Below are positions 39,893-49,319 of a stretch of DNA of 64,000 nt, one piece after another. The translations under genes were made by a program, and so were the position numbers. Positions within the stretch are counted from its first letter, which is position 1. Each line of letters begins with the position of its first letter. The notes beneath the pieces were generated by a model. It saw nothing but the letters and a program-made list of their open reading frames with translations, was not told where the DNA came from and made no database searches. Source of the DNA: an uncultured Pelagibacteraceae bacterium (GTDB lineage: Bacteria; Pseudomonadota; Alphaproteobacteria; Pelagibacterales; Pelagibacteraceae); assembly GCA_902636075.1 (NCBI GenBank), contig CACPQM010000005.1, positions 4,446 through 68,445 on the forward strand, read 5' to 3'.

Positions 39893-40957
39893 CTATTTTC
39901 TTTGCATTAACCATAAAGCATCTTGACTTAAAAAATAAATTTTTCCATTCGTCGGATGAACCTGAATATCTCTTATTCTTCCAATTTTATTTTTAAAAAT
40001 AACCTCTTCTTTTACATTTGATAGGTCATCAAATATCAATTTCCTCAAAGACTTATCTTTTAGCGAGGTGATTAAAGCATGACTATTCCATTCATTAAAT
40101 TCTTCACCTTTATAAATAGTTATTGCGCTAGTTGCTATTGAGGGCACCCAATATTGAATAGCTTTTGTAAATCCAGGTTTCCATTTTGGGCCAATTGGAA
40201 TTCCAGAATAATTGGTTCCTCCCCATCCTAAAATTTTCCATCCATAATTTTCACCTTTTTTAACTTCTCCAAACCAATCTCCACCTTTTGCCCCATGATT
40301 ACTCATGTAAACTTTTCCGTCAAATTCAGAAAGTGTCATCCCTTGAGGATTTCTAATTCCAATTTGATAAATCTCTGGCAACCAATCTACCATTCCCTCA
40401 AACTTTGGATTATCTTTTGGTATACTTCCATCTAAATGAATTCTTATAATACTACCTGGATGCTTTGAGGCGTCTTGTGCAATCATACCTTGTCCTCTCT
40501 CACCCGCAGAAGCAAATATAAAATTATCTTTAATAACTAATCTTGATCCAAAATGATAACCCGAATCTATTGGGGGATTTGCTTGAAAAATATTTTTAAA
40601 GTTTAATTGTTTCTTATTAAATTCTGCTCTTGCAATAGAAGTGCTAGTTTTATATCCACCTCTATCTTCAGTATATGAAATCCAAATATTATTGTCTTTA
40701 TAAATAATATCTAATAAGCCTCCTTGACCATGGACAACAAAGTTAAGTTGATGACTAATTTCTTGAACTTCTCTAGATAAAATATTTACAATTTTTATTT
40801 TGCCACTTTTTTCGGTAACTATTATTTCATTACTATTAATAAAAGAGGATCCCCAAGGTGAATCTAGGTTAACTAATTTTTCTAATTTAAAGTTTTCTGA
40901 ATACGATATTGAGCCAAATAATAAAAGAAAAATTAAAACGTATATTATTTTTTTCAC
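39893..40957 (-). CDS. PQQ-dependent soluble aldose sugar dehydrogenase (YliI/Asd family)
   Basis: GQGGLLD, HFGSR, GIRNPQG, NYGW and GRIRD motifs; GTG start at 40957 gives a signal peptide. Confidence 0.88.
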   Translation of the reverse strand: MKKIIYVLIFLLLFGSISYSENFKLEKLVNLDSPWGSSFINSNEIIVTEKSGKIKIVNILSREVQEISHQLNFVVHGQGGLLDIIYKDNNIWISYTEDRGGYKTSTSIARAEFNKKQLNFKNIFQANPPIDSGYHFGSRLVIKDNFIFASAGERGQGMIAQDASKHPGSIIRIHLDGSIPKDNPKFEGMVDWLPEIYQIGIRNPQGMTLSEFDGKVYMSNHGAKGGDWFGEVKKGENYGWKILGWGGTNYSGIPIGPKWKPGFTKAIQYWVPSIATSAITIYKGEEFNEWNSHALITSLKDKSLRKLIFDDLSNVKEEVIFKNKIGRIRDIQVHPTNGKIYFLSQDALWLMQRK

Positions 40958-40958
40958 T

Positions 40959-41669
40959 TTATGAAAGTTTTGATCTTCCACCATCAACAGCTATTATTTG
41001 ACCTGTTACCCAAGAACTCTCTTCAGTAAGTAAAAATTTTGCTAAAGCTGCTCCATCTTTTCCTTCTCCTAATCTTTTTAGTGGGTGGGCTTTAGCTATA
41101 CCTTGTGCAATGGCTGTATTTTTTAACATTGGTTGAGCTATCTTAGAATTAGTTAAACTTAGAGCAACACTGTTAACTCTTATGTTTGGAGCAAATTCTG
41201 CCGCCAATGAAACTGTTAATCCCTCAATCGCCGCTTTAGTAGATGCAATTATTGAATGATTTGTAAAACCTCTTTGTGCTGCAACAGTTGAAAATAAAAC
41301 GATTGAGCCTTTATTTTGTTTAAGATTATCTTGATATCCTTTAATTAATTCTACCGCCGAATAAAAATTAAGTTTCATACATTTATGAAAATCTGTCTCA
41401 TTTGCCATTTTTAATGGTTTCAGATCTATGGAACCAACACAATAAGCTACACCTTTGATTTCTGATATGTCTGATTTAATTGTATCCACGAATCCTTCAT
41501 GTAATACATCTGCCACAGTATAAGAAGAGTTCAATTTCTCAGCTAAATTTTTAAGTTGGCTTTCATCTCTCCCGACTAAATGAATTTCTTTGCCAGATGA
41601 ATACATTTGCTCAGCTAAATTGGATCCGATAGAACCTGTCGCACCGACAATTAGATATTTTTCTGACAT
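40959..41669 (-). CDS. Short-chain dehydrogenase/reductase with atypical active site
   Basis: GATGSIG, IRVN and TGQ...VDGG; the YxxxK position reads IASTK. Confidence 0.85.
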   Translation of the reverse strand: MSEKYLIVGATGSIGSNLAEQMYSSGKEIHLVGRDESQLKNLAEKLNSSYTVADVLHEGFVDTIKSDISEIKGVAYCVGSIDLKPLKMANETDFHKCMKLNFYSAVELIKGYQDNLKQNKGSIVLFSTVAAQRGFTNHSIIASTKAAIEGLTVSLAAEFAPNIRVNSVALSLTNSKIAQPMLKNTAIAQGIAKAHPLKRLGEGKDGAALAKFLLTEESSWVTGQIIAVDGGRSKLS

Positions 41670-41679
41670 ATAATAATTA

Positions 41680-43176
41680 ATGAAATTATTTTTTATACTT
41701 GGAAATCAACTATTTCCATTAAAAAACCTCGACCGCTTCAAAAAAGACCACCTATTTTTTATGTCAGAAGACTACCAATTATGTACATATGAAAGACATC
41801 ATAAATTAAAAATTCTACTATTTTTATCTTCAATGAGATCTTATGCGGATAAATTGAAGGAAAATAAATTTAAGCTTAATTACTCAAAAATTGATTCTAC
41901 TGATTTTAAAAAGGACTATACGAAGAAATTAGAAAAATTGTTAAAGATGAATAAGATAAAAGAAGTAACTAGTTTTGAAATAGAGGATAAATTTTTTGAA
42001 ACAAAAATAATTAATTTTTTAAAAAAACAAAATATTCAGTGGAATATAATTCGATCTCCAATGTTTTTAGATAGTCGTGAAGATTTTAAAAAATATTTAT
42101 CAAAAACAAAAAAACCCTTTATGGCAAAGTTTTATAAAGAAAAGCGAGAAAGATTAAACATTTTGTTAAACAAAGATGGCACACCAGAGGGAGGAAAATG
42201 GAGTTTTGATGAGGATAATAGAAAAAAACTGCCAAAAAATATCTTAATACCAAAATTTCCAGAAATTAAAGAAACTAAACATACAAAAAGTTTAAAACCA
42301 ATTATTGAAAAATTATTTAGTAAACATCCAGGTGATACCAAAAAATTTTGGTTTGCAACTGAATATAAAGATATTTCAAAATTATTAGATTTTTTTATTA
42401 AAGATAAATTAAATCTATTTGGTGATTACGAAGATGCTGTTGATCAAAAAAATAATATTTTATTTCACAGTGCTCTTAGTCCGTATTTAAATCTAGGTTT
42501 AATAACTCCAGACATTATCATTCAAAAAATAATGACTTATCACCATAGTAAGAGTGTGAGACTAAATTCTTTAGAAGGTTATATAAGACAAATAATTGGT
42601 TGGAGAGAGTTTATGAGAGGAATCTATCAAAATTATAGTAAAGAAATGGAAAGTGGAAATTTCTTTAAACATAATAGAAAAATGAAAGATACATTCTATG
42701 ATGGCAGCACTGGTTTGGATCCTTTAGATCATGCAATTAAAAATGCTAGCAAATTTGGTTGGTCGCACCACATTGAAAGATTAATGATATTGTCAAATAT
42801 TATGAATTTATGCGAAGTTGAACCAAAATCAGTTTATAAATGGTTCATGGAAATGTTTGTGGACTCATCTGATTGGGTTATGGTTCCAAATGTTTATGGA
42901 ATGGGTTTGTTTAGTGATGGTGGAATTTTCGCAACTAAGCCTTATATCTGTGGATCAAGTTATTTTATGAAAATGATGGATTTTAAAAGGGGCAACTGGT
43001 GTAATGTTATGGATGGTCTTTATTGGCGTTTCATAGATAGAAATAGAAAATTTTTTTTGAAAAATCCAAGGTTGTCTATGATGGTAAGAATTTTTGATAA
43101 ATTGAAAGAAGATAGAAAAAAATTAATATTATCAGAAGCAAACAAATTTATTAAAGATAATACTTATGGGAATTAA
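41680..43176 (+). CDS. PhrB/FeS-BCP-type (6-4) photolyase (cryptochrome/photolyase family)
   Basis: ILGNQL, GGKWSFD..NR, FGDYEDA, EGYIRQIIGWREF, HHIERLM, WVM.PNVYGM and TKPY motifs. Confidence 0.92.
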   Translation: MKLFFILGNQLFPLKNLDRFKKDHLFFMSEDYQLCTYERHHKLKILLFLSSMRSYADKLKENKFKLNYSKIDSTDFKKDYTKKLEKLLKMNKIKEVTSFEIEDKFFETKIINFLKKQNIQWNIIRSPMFLDSREDFKKYLSKTKKPFMAKFYKEKRERLNILLNKDGTPEGGKWSFDEDNRKKLPKNILIPKFPEIKETKHTKSLKPIIEKLFSKHPGDTKKFWFATEYKDISKLLDFFIKDKLNLFGDYEDAVDQKNNILFHSALSPYLNLGLITPDIIIQKIMTYHHSKSVRLNSLEGYIRQIIGWREFMRGIYQNYSKEMESGNFFKHNRKMKDTFYDGSTGLDPLDHAIKNASKFGWSHHIERLMILSNIMNLCEVEPKSVYKWFMEMFVDSSDWVMVPNVYGMGLFSDGGIFATKPYICGSSYFMKMMDFKRGNWCNVMDGLYWRFIDRNRKFFLKNPRLSMMVRIFDKLKEDRKKLILSEANKFIKDNTYGN

Positions 43177-43537
43177 AGTTTATTTTAACGATTCTTGCAA
43201 TATTTGTAGAATGGAAATAAATCATTATAAAAAAATTGCAAATAGTGATTTGGAGTGGATAGATATTACAAATAATGATGAGGCTATAAAAATAACATCT
43301 AAGTCGCAAAAAGAGTTGCTCAGAAGGTTGCATGTAATAAATGATGGTGAAGTTATTGGAGGTGCTAAAGCATTTATTATAATTTGGTCAAAAATACCAA
43401 AATATAAAATCCTATCTAAAATTTTTTCAATAAAACCCTTATTTATTATTTTTCATTATATATACGAAATTGCTGCATTTTTCTTATTTTTAAAAAACAG
43501 AAAACAATTAAATGAAAAAACAAAACCTACCAACTAA
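43166..43537 (+). CDS. DUF393 / DCC1-like thiol-disulfide oxidoreductase
   Basis: N-terminal YFNDSCNIC; RLHV and G..AF...W motifs. Confidence 0.85.
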   Translation: MGIKVYFNDSCNICRMEINHYKKIANSDLEWIDITNNDEAIKITSKSQKELLRRLHVINDGEVIGGAKAFIIIWSKIPKYKILSKIFSIKPLFIIFHYIYEIAAFFLFLKNRKQLNEKTKPTN

Positions 43538-43640
43538 AGTATGCAAAGTTTGTAATAAGCCTTTTTCTTGGAGAAAAAAATGGAAACTTAATTGGGAAAA
43601 AGTTAAGTATTGCTCTAAGAGATGCGCTTCTAGTAATTAA
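43512..43640 (+). CDS. DUF2256 family zinc-finger-like protein (42 aa), below the ORF-track cutoff
   Basis: [42 protein letters not shown]; LP.K.C..C..PF.WRKKW...W..V.YCS.RC signature. Confidence 0.88.
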   Translation: MKKQNLPTKVCKVCNKPFSWRKKWKLNWEKVKYCSKRCASSN

Positions 43641-43883
43641 TTATTGTGTATTGCTTTTTCTAGGGTCTTTAAGTGATTTTAAGATTTTTGATATCCCCGT
43701 AATTTTTAAACTATAATAAATCACATAAATTAAAGTTAGTCCTAAAGCCATGGTTGATAGAAACACAAAGATGGCTGTCAAAATTTTTTCTTGGAACCAG
43801 TTCTCTACTCCAGAGTTAGAATAATAAAGAATATTCCAAAACGCGACGAAAATTAACTCATATATGATTATAATTTTGAACAT
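43641..43883 (-). CDS. Hypothetical 2-TM membrane protein
   Basis: Two hydrophobic helices; start at MFKIII (43883) preferred over 43934. Confidence 0.55.
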   Translation of the reverse strand: MFKIIIIYELIFVAFWNILYYSNSGVENWFQEKILTAIFVFLSTMALGLTLIYVIYYSLKITGISKILKSLKDPRKSNTQ

Positions 43884-43971
43884 ATGGTTGATATAGTTCT
43901 CAATATAATTAATACTATTCAATTCTTGTCGCATGTCGATAAAAATTTATGAGATAAAACAAAGAAAATAG

Positions 43972-44727
43972 ATGAAAAAAGTAATTTGGATAACTGGCGG
44001 TAGCAGTGGAATAGGAAAAGCAGTTGCATTAAAGTTTGCAAATAAAGGGTGGCAGGTAATTATATCATCAAGACGTGAGGAAGTCTTAAAAGATATTTCA
44101 GATAAAAATGAAAATATTGATTATTTGAAATTAGATATTGTTGATTATGAAGCATGTAATTCAGTTTTTAAAACAATCGTGGAGAAATACAATAAGGTTG
44201 ATATTTGTTTTTTTTCTACTGCAATTTATGAGCCTGAAAAAGAGAAGGATTTTGATCTTCAGAATATAATTGATGTTACAAATGTGAATTATATTGGAAC
44301 CATAAACTGTATTAAAGCTGTTGAAAAATATTACAAAGAAAAAAGGCAAGGAGTTATATCTATTGTATCTTCTACTGCAGGATACAGAGGATTGCCAAAT
44401 TCAACTGCCTATGGGCCTGCAAAAGCAGCTCTTATTAATTTAGCAGAAAGTTTATATCTTGATTTTCAAAGATATGATGTTCGCGTATGCCTAGTCAGCC
44501 CTGGATTTATCAAAACAAGACTTACGGATAAAAACACATTTAAAATGCCATTTTTAAAAACCACGCAATACGCTGCTGAACAGATTTATGATGGTTTAAT
44601 AAATAAAAATTCATTTGAAATAGCTTTTCCTAGAAGTTTATTTTTAATATTAAAATTTTTTAAGATTTTGCCAAATGGGATCTACTTATATTTGATAAGA
44701 AAAATGACGAAGCTTCAAAAAAAATAA
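43972..44727 (+). CDS. Short-chain dehydrogenase/reductase (cfa-cluster associated)
   Basis: WITGGSSGIG, GYRGLP, YGPAK and PGFIKTRLTDKN.F.MPF motifs. Confidence 0.88.
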   Translation: MKKVIWITGGSSGIGKAVALKFANKGWQVIISSRREEVLKDISDKNENIDYLKLDIVDYEACNSVFKTIVEKYNKVDICFFSTAIYEPEKEKDFDLQNIIDVTNVNYIGTINCIKAVEKYYKEKRQGVISIVSSTAGYRGLPNSTAYGPAKAALINLAESLYLDFQRYDVRVCLVSPGFIKTRLTDKNTFKMPFLKTTQYAAEQIYDGLINKNSFEIAFPRSLFLILKFFKILPNGIYLYLIRKMTKLQKK

Positions 44728-44729
44728 AT

Positions 44730-45266
44730 TTAATCTTTTACAAACATCACAGTTAATTCTGCAACTTTAATACCAAACTTTGTCATTTTTGCTCTATTAA
44801 TTGCTACTCTTTCATCTTGCATAAAGATCCAATCATCAAAAGTTATTTTCATTTCTCTTCCTTTTACAGGAACTAACAGTACATATTCAAACTTAAATGC
44901 AGGACCATAAGAAAAACCCTTTGCAGTTCCAACTACGTCTCCAGCAGTGCCTTCATAGTTATGTTCATCGATTTTATTGATTGTCCATTGCCTATTTTGA
45001 ATTTCTCCATCTTTCCAAACAAATTTTTCGTCAAGTATTAATTGTTTTCCATCCCACTTTCCATCTAGGTCTGCAGAAAATTGTCTTGTCACTTTACCTG
45101 ATCTATTTTGTAAAATTCCCCATGCTTTTACATTTCCAGATAAATACTCTTCTATTATTAATCTAGGTTTTTGGTTTTTGAAATCTTCTGGTTTCATTGC
45201 TTGGTTTGATGAACAACTTGTAATCAATACTGAGATTATTATCAATAATAAATATTTTATTTTCAT
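44730..45266 (-). CDS. DUF3833 family lipoprotein
   Basis: Lipobox ITSC; AWG, L.LDE.F, DVVG.A.G, FDDW.F and KFG..V motifs. Confidence 0.85.
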   Translation of the reverse strand: MKIKYLLLIIISVLITSCSSNQAMKPEDFKNQKPRLIIEEYLSGNVKAWGILQNRSGKVTRQFSADLDGKWDGKQLILDEKFVWKDGEIQNRQWTINKIDEHNYEGTAGDVVGTAKGFSYGPAFKFEYVLLVPVKGREMKITFDDWIFMQDERVAINRAKMTKFGIKVAELTVMFVKD

Positions 45267-45274
45267 AGTATTAT

Positions 45275-46447
45275 TTATTTTTGAAGAGCAAATTGGATTA
45301 AGTCTATATTTTTTGATTTAAAACCTGCTTCACAATAAGATAAATAAAAATTCCACATTCTTTTAAAAGTATTGTCAAAGCCTTGGGATGAAATTTGTTC
45401 CCATTTTTCTAAGAACTCTTCTCTCCAAATATTTAGTGTATTTGAGTAATGATCACCATAAGAATTGCAATTCTCAAACTTAAGTCCAGATTGGTTTGCT
45501 AGATTTACTAACTCATTTTTACTAGGTAAAAAACCACCAGGAAAAATATATTTTTGGATAAAATCAGTTTTACTTTTATATCTGTCATAGATGGAGTCAT
45601 CTATAGTAATTGATTGTATAGCTGCTGTTCCTCCATCAACCAAGTTTTCTTTAATAGTATTAAAATAATTTTTTAAATAACTCTGACCTACTGCTTCTAT
45701 CATTTCTATAGAAGCTATTGAATTATAATTATTTTTAACATCTCTAAAATCTAACATTTGTATATTTATTTTTTCATTCAAACCTTCATTGTGAATTCTT
45801 TCTTTTGAATATTCGTATTGTTTTTTGGAGATTGTTATACAATCTAACTTTACGTCATAATTTTTTCCAATATATTCTGCAAATCCTCCCCACCCACAAC
45901 CAATCTCAAGCATCTTATCGCCTGATTTAGGCTTAACAAGACTTGAGAGTTTTTTATATTTATTTAACTGAGCTTTTTCCAAATCATTACTATCGTCAAA
46001 AATTGCACTTGAATAAGTTAGGGTTTTATCAAGCCATAATGAGAAAAATTCATTCCCTAAATCGTAATGCTTTCTAATGTTTTCTTTACTCCTAGATTTA
46101 TTATTTTTAATAAACAAACCTTTGATTTTATTAAATATTGAAAGATCGAAAGAGCCAGAAAATTTATGAACTATTTTTATATTTTTTGCCGCTAGCTCTA
46201 TAAGATTCGTTAAATTATTCGTCTCAAAATAATTATCCATATATGCTTCTGCCAGACCTACACTTCCATTTTTGATAATTTTAAAAGTTAACCCTGGTTT
46301 ATTTATTTTTAGATCAGCATTTAATCTTTCATTACTATTTCCGAAAGTATATTCTTTTCCATCATGGTTTGTTATTTTTAAATTTCCATGTTTAATAAAT
46401 TTTAGTGAGTTAAAGACAATTTTATCTGATAATTTATTCAAATTCAC
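45275..46447 (-). CDS. Cyclopropane-fatty-acyl-phospholipid synthase family methyltransferase (UfaM-like)
   Basis: HYDLGNEFF, TYSSA, LEIGCGWGG, SIEMIEAVG, FIQKYIFPGG and YLSYCEAGF motifs. Confidence 0.93.
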   Translation of the reverse strand: MNLNKLSDKIVFNSLKFIKHGNLKITNHDGKEYTFGNSNERLNADLKINKPGLTFKIIKNGSVGLAEAYMDNYFETNNLTNLIELAAKNIKIVHKFSGSFDLSIFNKIKGLFIKNNKSRSKENIRKHYDLGNEFFSLWLDKTLTYSSAIFDDSNDLEKAQLNKYKKLSSLVKPKSGDKMLEIGCGWGGFAEYIGKNYDVKLDCITISKKQYEYSKERIHNEGLNEKINIQMLDFRDVKNNYNSIASIEMIEAVGQSYLKNYFNTIKENLVDGGTAAIQSITIDDSIYDRYKSKTDFIQKYIFPGGFLPSKNELVNLANQSGLKFENCNSYGDHYSNTLNIWREEFLEKWEQISSQGFDNTFKRMWNFYLSYCEAGFKSKNIDLIQFALQK

Positions 46448-47210
46448 TTTTTTCTACCGAACTATTATTTTTAATATTTATTTTTTTTTTAATAAACTTT
46501 ATTCCTTTTAACCATAGTTTAAATGCCTCATAGTGGATTGCGACAATAACTTTAAATGTCATCAAGGGGTGAAAAATATAGGAAACGAATAGATTTTTAT
46601 TACTAAATTCTTTTGCAATACCGTCCTGGGATGCGAATAAAAGTTTACCATCATTATCAGATTGGTCAATAATAACTGATATTTTGTCTGTGGGCTTATT
46701 TACTCTAAATTTATAATTACACTCCATATCTATGAAAGGCGATACATGAAATTTTTTTACACAACTATTTCTTAAAGTTTCTTTATCTTCGGCTTTGAAA
46801 ATGTATGTGTGTTGTTCACCAAATGTATTTTTAACCTCATAAAATATAGAGATTATTTTATCGTACTTATCATATATAAAAAAAACACTTAGAGGATTAA
46901 ATACGTAACCTAATATTCTTGGATAACAGAATAATTTGATTTTAACGTCTTTATTGTCAATACCAATATTTTCTAGTTTTTTTTTTACCCAGTTTTTTAA
47001 AGAGGTGCCATCTCTATCCCCATGGTCTTTGTCAAAAAAACTAATGATATTGAATTTATTATATGAAAATAATTTAATTTTATTATCAATTTCATTTAAA
47101 TCATCTAAGTCTATTAATAATGAAAAAACCCTATATTTGAAATAATGATTTTTAGGTTTAAATCGTCTGTGTATTACTTTTCCTACATATATCTTAGAGT
47201 TTTTAAGCAT
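46434..47210 (-). CDS. DUF1365 protein (UfaO-like)
   Basis: H.RF.P..H.F.Y, PRILGYVFNPLS, YEVKNTFGE.H.Y, FHVSPF and IH.EA.KLWLKG motifs. Confidence 0.9.
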   Translation of the reverse strand: MLKNSKIYVGKVIHRRFKPKNHYFKYRVFSLLIDLDDLNEIDNKIKLFSYNKFNIISFFDKDHGDRDGTSLKNWVKKKLENIGIDNKDVKIKLFCYPRILGYVFNPLSVFFIYDKYDKIISIFYEVKNTFGEQHTYIFKAEDKETLRNSCVKKFHVSPFIDMECNYKFRVNKPTDKISVIIDQSDNDGKLLFASQDGIAKEFSNKNLFVSYIFHPLMTFKVIVAIHYEAFKLWLKGIKFIKKKINIKNNSSVEKSEFE

Positions 47211-48441
47211 TTATATACTTAATCATATCTATTGATGATTTTATACCATCTTCATGAAATCCATATCCAAAATAACTTCCACAAAATAAAATATTATTTT
47301 TATTTTGAATTAGGTGAAGATCTTTCTGGCTATTGATTGCATTTTGATCAAAGTAAGGATGTGTAAATATAACTTTTCGGATTATTTTATCATCGGGTAT
47401 CTCTAAATAAGGATTTAATGTTAAAAAAATATTTTTATTTATATTCAAATTTTGTAATAAATTTAGCCAATAAGTAATTGAATTTTTTTCACTATTCTCA
47501 GACTCGATCGAGGAATTCCATGAACACCAAGCACTTTTATTATTTGGCATATAACTTATATCCTCATGTACTATAGCCTCATTTGTTTTATATTTAAAAT
47601 TACTTAAGATCTTATTTTCTATTTCTTCAGGATTTTCAATTAAAGAGAGGGCTTGATTAGCATGAGTAGCCAATACAACTTTATCGTAAGTAAAATATTC
47701 ATTTTTATCTCCATAATAAACCTGAACTGCAGATCCAATTCTTTTAATTTTATTAATATTGTAATTTTTATAATATTCGCCACTGATTTTACTTAGAATT
47801 TTATTTACATATGTTCTACTTCTTTTGGAAACTGTGAACCATTGCGGTCGATCTTTTAATTTGAATAATCCATGATTTTGAAAAAATTTAAAAAAAAATT
47901 TCAATGGCATTTGTTTTGCCTCGTAAGGGGGCATTGACCATATAGCTGATACCATAGGAATAATATGGAATTTGATAAAATACTCTGACAGTTTTAAATT
48001 GTCTAAATAGCTGCCTAAAGTAATATTTTCGTTAATTGAAACTTGGTTTTCACTTTGTTTATAAAAACTAATTATAGTAAAAAACATCTTCAAAAATTTT
48101 ATATTTAACAAGTTTGATTTATTGCTAAAAATTCCAGAAAGACCTTTTCCACAATATTCTATATTTGAGTCTCTAACAGATACTGAGAATGACATATTGC
48201 TTTCTTCTATAGCAATATCATTTTCTTGAAAAAAATTTATTAAATTTGGATAGGTTTTTTTATTAAATACAATAAAGCCTATATCAACAGGGACTATATT
48301 ATCTCCAACATTAACATCAATAGTATGAGAATGACCTCCAAAATGGTCTTCTTTCTCAAATAGATCTACTTTATATTTTTTAGATAAACCATAAGCTGCA
48401 CTTAGACCTGATATACCAGAGCCTATAATAGCTAATTTCAT
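47203..48441 (-). CDS. FAD-dependent oxidoreductase (UfaD-like fatty acid desaturase/isomerase)
   Basis: GSGISGL, GGHSHT, VDIGFIVFN..TYP, FF.NHGL, W.SWN and GYGFHEDG motifs. Confidence 0.88.
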   Translation of the reverse strand: MKLAIIGSGISGLSAAYGLSKKYKVDLFEKEDHFGGHSHTIDVNVGDNIVPVDIGFIVFNKKTYPNLINFFQENDIAIEESNMSFSVSVRDSNIEYCGKGLSGIFSNKSNLLNIKFLKMFFTIISFYKQSENQVSINENITLGSYLDNLKLSEYFIKFHIIPMVSAIWSMPPYEAKQMPLKFFFKFFQNHGLFKLKDRPQWFTVSKRSRTYVNKILSKISGEYYKNYNINKIKRIGSAVQVYYGDKNEYFTYDKVVLATHANQALSLIENPEEIENKILSNFKYKTNEAIVHEDISYMPNNKSAWCSWNSSIESENSEKNSITYWLNLLQNLNINKNIFLTLNPYLEIPDDKIIRKVIFTHPYFDQNAINSQKDLHLIQNKNNILFCGSYFGYGFHEDGIKSSIDMIKYINA

Positions 48442-49319
48442 TATTGAGGATTATATTTATTTTCTTTTGTAAAGGATGAGACAAATTGTAGAAAAACTGC
48501 AAAAATTATAATGCTTCCTCCTATTAATACGTAGAATGAAGGGTTTTCATTTACAAATAGCCAAGCCCAAAGAGGACCAAGTATTGCCTCTGTAAGCATT
48601 ATTATGCCGACCATAGCTGATAGAGTTTTTCTCGCACCAATTGTTATTAAGATAAAGCCAAGTCCTATTTGAAATGTCCCAGACAAAAATGCCAAAAACA
48701 TATCATTTAACGATATAGAAATTTTTGTTGAAGCTAAAAAACCTATTATCATTGCAACTATTCCTGCAACTAATTGTAAGGGTACCATATCCACATGAGG
48801 ATATCTTCTTACAATTAAAATTAGAGTTGCGAAGGTAATTGGCATTACAAAGGCAACAATATTTCCAGACGTTTGTCCACTTGATAGTGTATTTCCTAGC
48901 ATTAAAATTAATCCAGAAATTGCTAAAATAATAGAAGCTAAAGTAATTTTTGAAATTTTTTCTTTCAAAAAAAAATATCCAAATATCGCTAGGAAAATTG
49001 TTTGTGTTTGTATTATGAAATTTGTATTTGCAACTGTAGTATTGTACATAGCAAAAACATAACTGCTAAATCCAATACCCAATATAATTCCACCAATTAA
49101 GCCAGGAATTCCCGAGACATAAATTTTTTTAAATACCTCTCTTTTATAAGTTACAATTAAAAAAATAGTTACAACAATTATAAAAAAAACCTGTCTCCAA
49201 AATAAGATTTGCCATAAAGTTGATCCTTCAAATGATTTAACAATCAACCCACCAAAACTTAGACAAAATGCACCAAAAAAGATTAATAATGGACCTGGTA
49301 TCTTTGAAATAAAATTCAT
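48441..49319 (-). CDS. DMT/EamA family transporter
   Basis: 10 TM; LTEAILGPLWAWLF motif. Confidence 0.85.
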   Translation of the reverse strand: MNFISKIPGPLLIFFGAFCLSFGGLIVKSFEGSTLWQILFWRQVFFIIVVTIFLIVTYKREVFKKIYVSGIPGLIGGIILGIGFSSYVFAMYNTTVANTNFIIQTQTIFLAIFGYFFLKEKISKITLASIILAISGLILMLGNTLSSGQTSGNIVAFVMPITFATLILIVRRYPHVDMVPLQLVAGIVAMIIGFLASTKISISLNDMFLAFLSGTFQIGLGFILITIGARKTLSAMVGIIMLTEAILGPLWAWLFVNENPSFYVLIGGSIIIFAVFLQFVSSFTKENKYNPQ

